From: Fibrobacter succinogenes subsp. succinogenes S85
Lineage (GTDB): Bacteria > Fibrobacterota > Fibrobacteria > Fibrobacterales > Fibrobacteraceae
Reading direction: 5' to 3'
NCBI RefSeq assembly: GCF_000146505.1
Contig: NC_017448.1
Span: 1,860,001 to 1,892,000, forward strand
Length of the DNA: 32,000 nt
Shown here: one piece after another, positions 15,302 to 28,167 of the stretch
Layout: the number at the start of each line of letters is the position of its first letter
Numbering within the stretch: the first letter of the stretch is position 1
The notes under the pieces: model-generated
Database searches by the model: none
What the model was told of the DNA's origin: nothing
The model's input: the letters and a program-made list of their open reading frames with translations, nothing else
Program-made: the position numbers and the translations under genes

Positions 15302-18300
15302 CTACCTTCTGCGGATTCTCGGGATTTCCTTCTGAATAAGGAGTTTCTCGATCGGGGCAAATTCTTCGTGCGGTTTGATGGCTTCCTTGTAGAGCACGTC
15401 GGCGAGCGTCGGGTTGTGCGCGAGGAAAGCAATCAGAATCGCGTTGCGCAAGAAGAATTCATCCATCGCAGCGACTTCGTACTTCTCGTAGAAATTCGCG
15501 ACATATTCCGCAGCGAGCCTGTAATCCTTGGCACGGGCAGCTTCCATGATGTTGAACTCATCCACGAACGATTCCGGCAGCGCACCTGCATTCACAAGCT
15601 TGCGCACCTTAACGTAAACCTTGTTCGTGTCACGAGCTTCCATCGGGATGCCACGCATCCATTCCACATATTCTTCGCGGAACTTTTTCCAATCCGGAGA
15701 AGTTTCATCCACCTTGAATTTTGGACGCACGAGGCTATCCACCGCCGTCGCTGAATCAACAGAATTTTCCGATACTGCCGCAGCTTTTGCAGAAGAAACA
15801 GCCGCGGAATCCGAGCCCTTTTCAGAATCATCCGCATTGGATTCGAGCATTGCCGAAATACCTTCGAAAACTTTTTTGCGTTTTTTCACTTCTTTGATAT
15901 ACGCCAAGAGCGCACGTTCACGATACTTGTCCGTACCCGCCTTGAGCATGGACTGCACCTTTATCGGGCGGCGCAACGCATAATCCGCCGAGTCCAAATA
16001 TTCCGGCCAGCAAATTTCGCAGCTGTCGAACACCTGCACAATGCGCGCGTTCGAATGTACAAAGCGAGCCTCTTCCGCCTTGTTGTCGACAATCGGGATA
16101 AACGTGCTATTCGGTTCCACTCCATCCAAAAGCGACGTAATCATCTTTGACGTAAAGAGGAAATTCTGTTCGCCAAAGAAATCCGGTTCGCGGTGGATGC
16201 GTTTGAATTCCTTCACGAGCGTCGAATCTGTGCTGAAGCGGCCAATGGCGCGCTGCATCACCGGCTCGTCACTTGCGACAATGATAATGTCAGGCTCCTC
16301 AGGAGCCTTGTACAAACTCACGTACGGGAACGCCACATCAAGCGCCTTCAAGATGTTGAGGAACAGCAAGTCATTGAATTCATACGTTTGGATCCATTGC
16401 ACCCAAAGTCCACCCGGTTTCATGTAGCGGCGCATCTTGGTGTAAAATTCATGGCTGAACAAGCTCGCGACACCGCTCACCCACGGATTACTCGGCACGC
16501 TAATCATCAAGTCGTACTTGCGGCGATTCGTGAGGAAGAACGTCTGCGCGTCATCAATGAAAATGTGGATGCGCGGGTCATCGTAGCCGCGAGCGTTCCA
16601 CGGATAAAATCCGCGAGCAAGGTTCATCATTTCTTCTTCGATTTCCACGCAGTCAAAATCGCGCACCAGCGGATCCGAGAGCAAGTAATGCGCACCCATG
16701 CCACTGCCAAATCCAACCATGGCGGCATCGTACGGTTTGTCCTTCATTGCCATCGGCATAAATGCGGTCGCCGCCTGCGTAAGCTCATCGCCTTCAATCG
16801 GGCGTTCACGATTCTTGCTCATGCTCGCATCGGCCTTGCCGTTCGTCTTCACGTAATAATGCACATCGGATTCATGGAAGCTGATCGTCGCCGTTTTACC
16901 GTCACGCACCACAATCTTTTCATCCGGATGCAAATTCTTGTAAGCGCGGAAGGCGCCAGACGTTATCATGTGCGGATCAAAATTCACAAAGAACGAAGGC
17001 AAAATCATAATCGCCGTCATCACGTAAAAGAGCACGCTATAGCGGAACTTTTTGCGATAAATGACGAGCAAAATAAAGCCAATCATAAAGTCAAGCACAG
17101 CAGCGAGCACAAGCGAGCCCTTGAGCTGCATCAGCGGCAACAGCAAAAGTCCACCGCCAGCAGAACCAAGAATCGATCCTACCGTATTCCAGCCGTAAAC
17201 CTTTCCAATCGGGGCTTCGCTCTTGAACGCACGCGTCAAAATCAGCGTAATCAGCGGAAGCGTCATACCCGCAAAGAAGCTCGTCGGCACCATCCACAAA
17301 ATCGAAAGCGCGTACTTGAAAATGCTCCAGCAAACATAGCCGTCATTCGTCGTATTAAAAATCTGGTTTGCGACATTCATGCCCTCCCAGAACGGCTTGT
17401 AGAAATACAGCGTGCAAAGCGCAAAGAATCCCATGAAAATCTGCGCCAGTGAAAGCACCACGAGCGAGTCCTTCTTCAACAGCTTTCCGCTCACGGCACT
17501 GCCAATGGCAAGCCCTAAAATGAACGCCGAAAGCATTTGGTCAAAGCTGTGGCTCGAAGAACCCATCAACAGCGAAAGCAAACGAATCCAGACGATTTCA
17601 TAGACAAACGAAGTAAGTCCCGTAATTCCAGCAATCCAGAACCACATGTTCTTCGGAGGCATCGCAAGTTTGTGTTCCGCCACATAATCTTCGTTAAGCG
17701 GTTCCGGACGCGCGACATTCTCGCGAACTCCCGCCGCATCCCCGCCAGCAGTCGCCAGCGACCCAGCACCTTCTTCTTCAAGTTCTTCTTCGTACGTCGA
17801 AGGCGTCGTATAGCCGATAAAGCAGAACACCGCAGCAAGCAAGAAGTTGATTGAAGCCGCGACGCAAAGCGTGATGTGGTTTCCAAGTTCCGGAATCAAG
17901 ATGTAGCTTGTGAACAAAATACCAATGGCACTACCGAGGCTGTTCGTAAAGTAAAGCATCGGGAGCGAGACTTCGGCACCGCTCTTGCGCATAAGACCCG
18001 CCGCAATGAACGGGAACGTCATGCCCACCGCAATCGCAATCGGGAGCGTCGAACCCGTCGCCAAAACGACCTTCAAAATTTCCGCACCGCGCGAACTCAA
18101 CCCCGCCACAAAATTCGAATCATAAAAGTAATCCGTGAGCCAAATGTACATCGGGTGGTAAATCAGCCCGCCAATGCCAATTGCAAGTTCCACCGCCGCG
18201 TACCCGAGCAGCGGCCTCTTCACGCGCTCCACCAGTTTGCCCGCGACAAAACTGCCAATCGCAAGCCCGCCCATGTAAATGCAAAGCGTGAGCACTTGAC

Positions 18301-18409
18301 CATAGCTCGAATGTCCGAGGAAAAGTTTAAGGTACCTGGCCCACGACCCCTCATAAATGAGACCCGCAAAACCAGAGAGAGCAAAAAGCGCGTAAATAAC
18401 GATATTCAT
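15302..18409 (-). CDS. Fused polytopic membrane domain / spermidine-synthase-like aminopropyltransferase with a long C-terminal extension
   Basis: 1035 aa. The N-terminal ~480 aa form many hydrophobic helices. The central Rossmann methyltransferase-fold is MVGFGSGMGAHYLL...DCVEIEEEM...IFIDDAQTFF...YDLMISVPSNPW, typical of SpeE-like domains. The C-terminal ~300 aa were not recognised. Confidence 0.75.
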   Translation of the reverse strand: MNIVIYALFALSGFAGLIYEGSWARYLKLFLGHSSYGQVLTLCIYMGGLAIGSFVAGKLVERVKRPLLGYAAVELAIGIGGLIYHPMYIWLTDYFYDSNFVAGLSSRGAEILKVVLATGSTLPIAIAVGMTFPFIAAGLMRKSGAEVSLPMLYFTNSLGSAIGILFTSYILIPELGNHITLCVAASINFLLAAVFCFIGYTTPSTYEEELEEEGAGSLATAGGDAAGVRENVARPEPLNEDYVAEHKLAMPPKNMWFWIAGITGLTSFVYEIVWIRLLSLLMGSSSHSFDQMLSAFILGLAIGSAVSGKLLKKDSLVVLSLAQIFMGFFALCTLYFYKPFWEGMNVANQIFNTTNDGYVCWSIFKYALSILWMVPTSFFAGMTLPLITLILTRAFKSEAPIGKVYGWNTVGSILGSAGGGLLLLPLMQLKGSLVLAAVLDFMIGFILLVIYRKKFRYSVLFYVMTAIMILPSFFVNFDPHMITSGAFRAYKNLHPDEKIVVRDGKTATISFHESDVHYYVKTNGKADASMSKNRERPIEGDELTQAATAFMPMAMKDKPYDAAMVGFGSGMGAHYLLSDPLVRDFDCVEIEEEMMNLARGFYPWNARGYDDPRIHIFIDDAQTFFLTNRRKYDLMISVPSNPWVSGVASLFSHEFYTKMRRYMKPGGLWVQWIQTYEFNDLLFLNILKALDVAFPYVSLYKAPEEPDIIIVASDEPVMQRAIGRFSTDSTLVKEFKRIHREPDFFGEQNFLFTSKMITSLLDGVEPNSTFIPIVDNKAEEARFVHSNARIVQVFDSCEICWPEYLDSADYALRRPIKVQSMLKAGTDKYRERALLAYIKEVKKRKKVFEGISAMLESNADDSEKGSDSAAVSSAKAAAVSENSVDSATAVDSLVRPKFKVDETSPDWKKFREEYVEWMRGIPMEARDTNKVYVKVRKLVNAGALPESFVDEFNIMEAARAKDYRLAAEYVANFYEKYEVAAMDEFFLRNAILIAFLAHNPTLADVLYKEAIKPHEEFAPIEKLLIQKEIPRIRRR

Positions 18410-18676
18410 GAGTGCAAATCTATACTAATTAAGTAGTTATAAATCACCCGCAACGCTTTTTCATTGTAACTTTTTAAAGACTTTTCTTTTAGATAAAAAG
18501 CACCCGCAGCCGTCATTGAAATCATTCAACCGATTAATCTACATACCATTTCACTAGGAATATGTAATTTAGGGTATTATGGGTTCATGGCTCGTGACAG
18601 CACGCCGAGCATTTTCTATTTTTATGCATAAAAACAAATATACGCATAAATTCGAATTTTAAACACGGAAATCAAA

Positions 18677-22330
<3,654 letters not shown>

Positions 22331-22513
22331 TGCAAATCAGAACCGCAATCACTTTTGGTTGATGTTCGATGGAGACAAGTTAATCTCGTTCGTTGAATTC
22401 GGATTTGTAAATGAAGGTGTCAGCAATTCCGTCCACGGCGGAGTCGTCTGGTACCAAATGCGTTTAACTTTCTAAGATCGAAGCTCTAAGTTCTGCCAAC
22501 TAAAATCTTGTAA

Positions 22514-22849
22514 TTAAGCTTTACTTTCCGCCTTCCACGGCGTAAGCCCAACGACATTATCGACCGGGAGCGCAAATGCAATCCCCTGCCCCATCGTATT
22601 GAGGCCCGCTTTTTCGTATAGAGAATGGAGCACCGCATCCTTCACATTCAGCGGCACAAGAATCATCACGACTTCTTTTTCAGGCTGGATAGCGATATGG
22701 AAAAACGCTTCTGCTTCCTTATTTGCTGTACCACGGGCGTTCAAGACCGTGCCACCACGAGCTCCCGCCTCTTTAGCGGCTTCCATCACAGTATCGGAGA
22801 ATCCGTTATTCACAATGCAGATAATTAATTCATGTGTATTCGGTTTCAT
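22514..22849 (-). CDS. PII-like signalling protein
   Basis: 111 aa with a beta-alpha-beta-beta-alpha-beta pattern (ELIICIVNNGFSDTVMEAAKEAGARGGTVLNARGT...). It lies directly downstream of another PII-like gene and the DUF1538-like membrane gene. Confidence 0.6.
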   Translation of the reverse strand: MKPNTHELIICIVNNGFSDTVMEAAKEAGARGGTVLNARGTANKEAEAFFHIAIQPEKEVVMILVPLNVKDAVLHSLYEKAGLNTMGQGIAFALPVDNVVGLTPWKAESKA

Positions 22850-22851
22850 AA

Positions 22852-23265
22852 TTACCCTCTCCCTACCTGAGATCGGTTGTCGCTCAAAAAGTTAAATACC
22901 GACTTGCCAATAACGCTTGACATCGGAATCGTATAGGCAATGCCCTTGCCGTTCACAATCGTCCTGAATTTTTCTTCCAGGCATTCCAAGACGGCAGGCA
23001 CATGGTCTTCACCAATGATGCTGATAATCACTGCGCGTTCAGAGTCCGCAAGCCCAAGTGCCGCCATGATTTCGCGCGGAGCCGTTCCGTGGCCGTAAAA
23101 CACGAACTGCATATTCGCACCAAACGACTGGATGTAATCCATGTAAAAGTCCGCCTTTGAACGGTTCACCGTCGTCACCAGAATCTTGAGGCGATTCATC
23201 GAGACTTTCGAATGAACCTTTTGAGGCATCGCCCGTTTCAAAACATTCTTTACTGTTTCAACCAT
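22852..23265 (-). CDS. PII-like signalling protein with an N-terminal extension; start uncertain
   Basis: 137 aa. The core is LKILVTTVNRSKADFYMDYIQSFGANMQFVFYGHGT...AVIISIIGEDH. The gap to the downstream PII-like gene is 2 nt. Confidence 0.5.
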   Translation of the reverse strand: MVETVKNVLKRAMPQKVHSKVSMNRLKILVTTVNRSKADFYMDYIQSFGANMQFVFYGHGTAPREIMAALGLADSERAVIISIIGEDHVPAVLECLEEKFRTIVNGKGIAYTIPMSSVIGKSVFNFLSDNRSQVGRG

Positions 23266-23274
23266 CGCATGCCT

Positions 23275-24807
23275 CTACACAAAGTCAATAATCTGTTCGT
23301 CATCGGCATCCTGCAAGCGACGCATCATAATCCTGTTGCGCCAAAGCCTTGCCACAATTGCCTTGAAACCAAGCACCTGGATCGTAATGAGCGGAGTCAT
23401 TGCGACCATTGCCACAATGCCAAAAGCATAATTCAAAATTGAATCACCGCCGTCGTGAATCACGGAGCACGCGCCAATTGCCAAAGGCAGAATAAAGCTC
23501 GATGTCAAAGGACCACTCGCCACGCCACCGGAATCAAATGCAATCGCCGTATAAAGTTTCGGCACAAAGAACGAAAGCCCAAGCGAAATAAAGTAACCCG
23601 GCAAGAGGTAATAAATAATCGGGAACCCGATAATAATGCGAAGCATCGAAAGTCCAATCGAAATACCCACGCCCACCGAGAGCGCAATCAGCATTGAGCG
23701 CTTAGTCACAAGGCTACCGGTCACTTCTTCGACCTGCTTATTGAGCACGTGCACCGCCGGTTCTGCAAGCACCACCACCATGCCAATGATAAAGCCTGCC
23801 GCCACAAGCGCATGCGGGCGTTTCGCAAGTTCACACCCGATTTCAAAACCGATTGGCAAGAACCCAACCGTCACCGCCGTCAAGAAAATCACAAGTCCAA
23901 AGAACGTGTAAAGAATCCCGACGCCCACTTGCACAAGCTTCACCATCGGGAGCTTGAGTACCGTCCATTGCAGCGCACAGAAAAACACGACAATCAGCCC
24001 AAGCGCCACAAGCACTTCACGGGCAATCACCATCACCGTAGGCAAAAAGTGTTCACCAAGGCTCGCGTCCACCGAGTACGCCGCCGTCGAAAGTTCATAC
24101 GTCAGGTCGCCCTTCGAAAATACCACCAAACCCATCAGCGCCAAAATAGGGCCTACCGAGCAAAGCGCAATCAAGCCAAAGCTGTTTTCCGAAGCATGCT
24201 TACCGCCAATCGCACCCGCAACACCCACGCCAAGCGCCATGATGAACGGCACCGTAATCGGCCCCGTCGTCACGCCACCCGAATCAAACGCGAGCGGCAC
24301 AAACGCATTCCGCCCGACGGACACCATAAGCATCCCGAGCATAAACAGCACCATGTAAAAGAAAATGATAATCAGCGAAAGGTCTTTCTTAAATACAATC
24401 TTCAAAATTGCAAGGAGCAAAAAAATCCCGACACCCACGCCAATCGTCGAAATCAAAAGAATCGGCCGTACCGCATTTTTCACCTGTTCTGCAAGCACGG
24501 ACAAGTCCGGTTCCGCAACCGTAATGAGAACCCCCATCACAAAGCACACCGAAACGAGCAAGAGGAGCCGCCGCGACTTAGTCAAACCCGACCCCACATA
24601 CGCCCCCATCGGGGTCATTGCAAGGTCTGCTCCCAAGTTAAAAAGTCCAATACCGATAATCAAAAAAATCGCGCTAACCGTAAAAACAATCTGCTCTTTC
24701 AGCGAAAAAGTCACAAGCGGGGTATGCGAAACCACCAGCACAATAAGCGTAATGGGCAAAACAGAGGCAAAAGCCTCTTTCAATTTTTCAAAAAGAATTT
24801 TTTGCAT
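23275..24807 (-). CDS. DUF1538-like polytopic membrane protein (putative transporter) with an internal duplication
   Basis: 510 aa with about 12 or more hydrophobic helices. The motif FDSGGV[TA][TS]GP occurs twice (AFDSGGVTTGPITVPF and AFDSGGVASGPLTSSF), indicating a two-fold internal repeat. Confidence 0.65.
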   Translation of the reverse strand: MQKILFEKLKEAFASVLPITLIVLVVSHTPLVTFSLKEQIVFTVSAIFLIIGIGLFNLGADLAMTPMGAYVGSGLTKSRRLLLLVSVCFVMGVLITVAEPDLSVLAEQVKNAVRPILLISTIGVGVGIFLLLAILKIVFKKDLSLIIIFFYMVLFMLGMLMVSVGRNAFVPLAFDSGGVTTGPITVPFIMALGVGVAGAIGGKHASENSFGLIALCSVGPILALMGLVVFSKGDLTYELSTAAYSVDASLGEHFLPTVMVIAREVLVALGLIVVFFCALQWTVLKLPMVKLVQVGVGILYTFFGLVIFLTAVTVGFLPIGFEIGCELAKRPHALVAAGFIIGMVVVLAEPAVHVLNKQVEEVTGSLVTKRSMLIALSVGVGISIGLSMLRIIIGFPIIYYLLPGYFISLGLSFFVPKLYTAIAFDSGGVASGPLTSSFILPLAIGACSVIHDGGDSILNYAFGIVAMVAMTPLITIQVLGFKAIVARLWRNRIMMRRLQDADDEQIIDFV

Positions 24808-24885
24808 CGCTATATAATATAATTAAATAAAAAAATTAACTACCCATGCAACCACCCGTAAACCCCATGCATCAAAAATAACGAA

Positions 24886-25431
24886 ATGGACGAAAAAGTC
24901 ATTATAAAAAAGATTCAACAAGGAAGTCGTGAAGCCCTTGGCATGCTGTGGAAGTCCCATAGCACGAACGTTCTGAACCTCGCGTTCAGAATGCTCAAGA
25001 ATCGCGACGAGGCTGAAGACGTCTTGATGGACATTTTCGTCTCAGTTCCAGGGAAAATCCAAAAGTTCCGCGGCGATAGCGCCCTCAACACCTGGCTATA
25101 CCGCCTCACCGTCAACGAGTGTTTGATGAGGCTCAGGTCCAAGAAGCGCCATGCCGAGCTCGAAGAAGAACATATCGATCTCGTGACGGACTCCGCTCTC
25201 GGGAGCAAGCACGAAGAACAAAAGGATTACGACCCGGAACTCTTAGAAATTGGACTGTCAAAGCTCTCCGCCGAAACGCGAAGCATGCTCTGGCTCAAGG
25301 ACGCCGAAGATCTTGGCATCAAGGACTTATCCGAGATCTACAACATGCCCGAAGGCACTATCAAGGCAAGGCTTAGCCGAGCAAGAACAGTCGTCAAGAA
25401 CTTTTTACAGGAGAACCTGAACTATGCATGA
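24886..25431 (+). CDS. ECF-type RNA polymerase sigma factor
   Basis: 181 aa. Region 2 is EAEDVLMDIFVSV...NTWLYRLTVNECL. The region 4 HTH is EDLGIKDLSEIYNMPEGTIKARLSRAR. Confidence 0.85.
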   Translation: MDEKVIIKKIQQGSREALGMLWKSHSTNVLNLAFRMLKNRDEAEDVLMDIFVSVPGKIQKFRGDSALNTWLYRLTVNECLMRLRSKKRHAELEEEHIDLVTDSALGSKHEEQKDYDPELLEIGLSKLSAETRSMLWLKDAEDLGIKDLSEIYNMPEGTIKARLSRARTVVKNFLQENLNYA

Positions 25432-25765
25432 TAAAATCGATTTTTCAAGACTCGAAAGAATCGAACCCAGGAAAGGCTCCTGGGAAACCGTCTGCGCTAG
25501 ACTCGATTCTTCGAACCAAAAGAAGTTCATCAAGTTTATCCAAGCGAGATCGCTGTACGCCCTCGCCGCAAGCCTGATTGTTGTCTCGTTCCTCACCGTC
25601 TTTACGGTGTACAACTACCTGGATTCCGAAGACATCCTCATGACAAACGTCGCCTCCGACGAACTCGTCTCGTGGTACGGAAATCTCGGTGAAACAAGCG
25701 ATGACGAACTTGAAAATTTGGACACATACAAATCCATCAGCTATTTATTACAGGAGACTAAATAA
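25424..25765 (+). CDS. Putative anti-sigma factor (single-pass membrane protein)
   Basis: 113 aa. Its start overlaps the sigma gene stop by 8 nt (ATGCATGA). It has one TM helix (LYALAASLIVVSFLTVFTVY). Its stop overlaps the next start (TAATG). Confidence 0.55.
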   Translation: MHDKIDFSRLERIEPRKGSWETVCARLDSSNQKKFIKFIQARSLYALAASLIVVSFLTVFTVYNYLDSEDILMTNVASDELVSWYGNLGETSDDELENLDTYKSISYLLQETK

Positions 25766-26445
25766 TGAACGCATCCACCAAGACATTCTTCGCAAGCATC
25801 ATCATTCTCGCTTGCTCTCTCGGATTTGCCATTGGCGCCTTCTGCTTTGCAGACCGCGGCTTCGGCGCTTCTTGCTGCTCCAAGCAGTCCACATGCACGC
25901 CTACGCATAAGCAGTGCGCCTGCGGTTGTGAAAATCACGACTGCGCCAAGAACGACTGTTCTTGCAACTGCTGCAAGCGCGGCGGCATGCATCACGGCAA
26001 ACACCATGGCGAATTCCATGGCGAACGCTTCCACGGCAAGGACTTCCGCGATGGCCACCCTGAAGGTCCGCGCGAACACTTCAAGGAAGGTAAACCGTTC
26101 GACAAGAAGTTTGACTTCAAGAAAGGCCCGGGTCCTGAATTCATGGATTCCATTCTCCAGGTCACACACGAACAAAAGGCCGCATTCGAATCGCTCCGCT
26201 TGAAGACGGATTCCACGTTCAAGGAACTCCGCAAACAAAAGAAGGATGCTGAAAAGGCTCTGCACGAAGCACTCGACAGCAATGACGAAAAGCAAATTGC
26301 TGCAGCCAAGGCAAGCATTCTCAAAGCTCAGGAAGCATTGCTCGACCACAGAATTAACGGAGTAAAGAACTTCAACAAGATCCTCACCAAGGAACAGCTC
26401 GAAAAGTTCAAGAGCTTCCACAAGGATCACCGCAATCATCCCTAG
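25765..26445 (+). CDS. Periplasmic Spy/CpxP/ZraP-like (LTXXQ) protein with an N-terminal Cys/His-rich segment
   Basis: 226 aa with a hydrophobic N-terminus. There are 11 Cys in 34 residues (CCSKQSTCTPTHKQCACGCENHDCAKNDCSCNCC), followed by a His-rich tract (GGMHHGKHHGEFHGERFHGKDFRDGH). The helical C-terminal half carries LTKEQLEKFKSF. Confidence 0.6.
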   Translation: MNASTKTFFASIIILACSLGFAIGAFCFADRGFGASCCSKQSTCTPTHKQCACGCENHDCAKNDCSCNCCKRGGMHHGKHHGEFHGERFHGKDFRDGHPEGPREHFKEGKPFDKKFDFKKGPGPEFMDSILQVTHEQKAAFESLRLKTDSTFKELRKQKKDAEKALHEALDSNDEKQIAAAKASILKAQEALLDHRINGVKNFNKILTKEQLEKFKSFHKDHRNHP

Positions 26446-26476
26446 AATTTTATTTTCATGATTCCTTGAAAAATAA

Positions 26477-26510
26477 GTCTCCGGTCATCCGACCGGAGGC
26501 TTTCTGTTTT
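26477..26510. terminator. Bidirectional rho-independent terminator
   Basis: Stem GTCTCCGGTC / GACCGGAGGC (26477-26486 / 26491-26500) includes one G-U pair and has loop ATCC. TTTCTGTTTT follows on +, and a T-rich tail follows on the minus strand. It lies between convergent genes. Confidence 0.8.
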
Positions 26511-26734
26511 TAAGCATCATCAAAGCCCGATTCGTCCCACATCCGCTCGGCGCGCGATTCATCCAGATGTTGTTCCGCAGTCTCGGCGATTTTTTCATTG
26601 TGGCCGCGCAACGCCGCAAACGGGCTGAAAATTTTTGCACGATTCGCCACAGACATTCTCGGGTGCTTCATCAAGAAATTCCAGTCATTCCGCGGATACG
26701 GCAAGTCAATGATATCTTTGTAGTTGTCAATCAT
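26510..26734 (-). CDS. YolD-like protein (accessory partner of Y-family polymerases)
   Basis: 74 aa. The segment RMSVANRAKIFSPFAALRGHNE is typical of the YolD-like family. Its start overlaps the polymerase stop by 4 nt (ATGA). Confidence 0.6.
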   Translation of the reverse strand: MIDNYKDIIDLPYPRNDWNFLMKHPRMSVANRAKIFSPFAALRGHNEKIAETAEQHLDESRAERMWDESGFDDA

Positions 26735-28131
26735 GCTTTGTGTCCTCCGATTTGCTGGTTGCGCTCACGCGTAGTCGCGCCCTCCTGCATATCCATCCCC
26801 TTGAAAATGGCGTTCTTGCCAAAGCGCTTCTTGATGGCAATCTGCGCCTGCATCATCTTCTTTTCGCGTTCAATCTTTTTCACATCCGTGAAGAGGTCAT
26901 AGCTTTCTTGCGTTGCTTCCAAGACGTTATTCGCCGTGAGGTTCAAGCGCTTCACCGTAAGCAACGGATTCATGATGCGGTCCGCAAGTTTCATCACAGC
27001 TTCCGCAATTGTCGATGCCGATGAAGTGTAATTCATGAGCGGGGCAGTCCCATGCGCAGGCTTCGGGATTTCGCGCCCGTAATTATCAATAACCGTTTCT
27101 CCGTGATATATTCCCTTGTCCACATTTTCGCGATCATAGCCCACATGGAGCGTAAGACCGTTTGTGACCAAGCCTTTCTCGACAAGATCAAGCGCAAGCG
27201 TATCCACCATTTCGCGGATGACGATTTTCGCCTTGGCGCAGTCATACGCACAACTTAAGACCTGCCCGCCGCCAATACTATGCGTCTTGGATTTGTACTG
27301 TTTGATTTCGGCAATGCCGCACGGCTCATAGCCCCACGCATGGTCAATCAGGATTTCGGCATTCACGCCAAACATCTTGTAAAGCGCATCAGGATGCTTG
27401 ACACTAGCACGCGCAAGGTCACCCATCGTAAAAATACCACGACCATTATTCAAATAACAATGCGCGAGGCGCTCTGCAATACCGCGCCCCAGCTGCCAAA
27501 AACTCGTAATCGGCCGATGTCCCCAAAGTTCCTTGCGATACGTCATCTCGTCAAGTTCTGCAATGCGCACGCCATCCGCATCAGGAGCCACATGCTTTGC
27601 CATCACGTCCATCGCAATTTTGCAAAGGTAAAGGTTTGTCCCGATGCCCGCTGTAGCCGTGATGCCTGTCGTTTCAAGCACATCGCGAATCATTTCTTTA
27701 GCAAGTTCCCGCGCCGACTTTTTGTACATCGAAAGGTAATGCGTCAAGTCGATAAAGCATTCGTCAATGGAATAAACATGGATATCGTCTGCGCTCACGT
27801 ATTTCAGATAAACGTTAAAAACGCGGGTGGAATATTCTACGTACTTTGCCATTTGCGGAGGCGCCACAATGTACTCCACATCCTTGCCCGTTTGGCGCTT
27901 GACTTCGCGCACCTTCTGAATGACCTCGAACAGTCGCGCACGTCCGGGAATTCCGTAGGCTTTAAGGCTCGGGCTCACCGCAAGACAAATCGTCTTTTCG
28001 GTACGGCTCGCATCCGCCACCACAAGATTCGTCGAAAGCGGATCAAGTCCGCGGAGCACGCACTCCACAGACGCAAAAAACGACTTCAAGTCGATAGCAA
28101 CATAAGTACGTGTTTCGCGCGGCAATCTCAT
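26731..28131 (-). CDS. Y-family translesion DNA polymerase (UmuC/ImpB/UvrX-like)
   Basis: 466 aa. The N-terminal catalytic motif is YVAIDLKSFFASVECV. SIDECFIDLT carries the DE catalytic pair. A little-finger-like C-terminal part follows. Confidence 0.85.
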   Translation of the reverse strand: MRLPRETRTYVAIDLKSFFASVECVLRGLDPLSTNLVVADASRTEKTICLAVSPSLKAYGIPGRARLFEVIQKVREVKRQTGKDVEYIVAPPQMAKYVEYSTRVFNVYLKYVSADDIHVYSIDECFIDLTHYLSMYKKSARELAKEMIRDVLETTGITATAGIGTNLYLCKIAMDVMAKHVAPDADGVRIAELDEMTYRKELWGHRPITSFWQLGRGIAERLAHCYLNNGRGIFTMGDLARASVKHPDALYKMFGVNAEILIDHAWGYEPCGIAEIKQYKSKTHSIGGGQVLSCAYDCAKAKIVIREMVDTLALDLVEKGLVTNGLTLHVGYDRENVDKGIYHGETVIDNYGREIPKPAHGTAPLMNYTSSASTIAEAVMKLADRIMNPLLTVKRLNLTANNVLEATQESYDLFTDVKKIEREKKMMQAQIAIKKRFGKNAIFKGMDMQEGATTRERNQQIGGHKA

Positions 28132-28167
28132 ACGTCAAATATAGAAATTACTGCACAAAAAGTCACT

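Noticed and set aside
18540-18676. A cobalamin, SAM or SAH riboswitch upstream of metH.
   Set aside because: I could not identify a B12 box or the conserved cores of the SAM or SAH classes by eye. It is kept only as a low-interest item for an Infernal scan.
22331-22513. The 183-bp convergent intergenic region after metH, as a possible ncRNA or terminator.
   Set aside because: There is no stable hairpin with a U-tract and no notable symmetry. GTTCGATGG superficially resembles a T-loop, but no tRNA cloverleaf can be built around it.
28132-28167. A possible SOS/LexA operator upstream of the Y-family polymerase (TACTGCACAAAAAGTCAC).
   Set aside because: Only one half-site-like word (TGCAC / GTGCA) is present. 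There is no convincing dyad matching the CTGT-N8-ACAG or GAAC-N4-GTTC boxes, or my uncertain recollection of a TGCNC-N4-GTGCA Fibrobacter-type box. It needs a genome-specific LexA motif scan.
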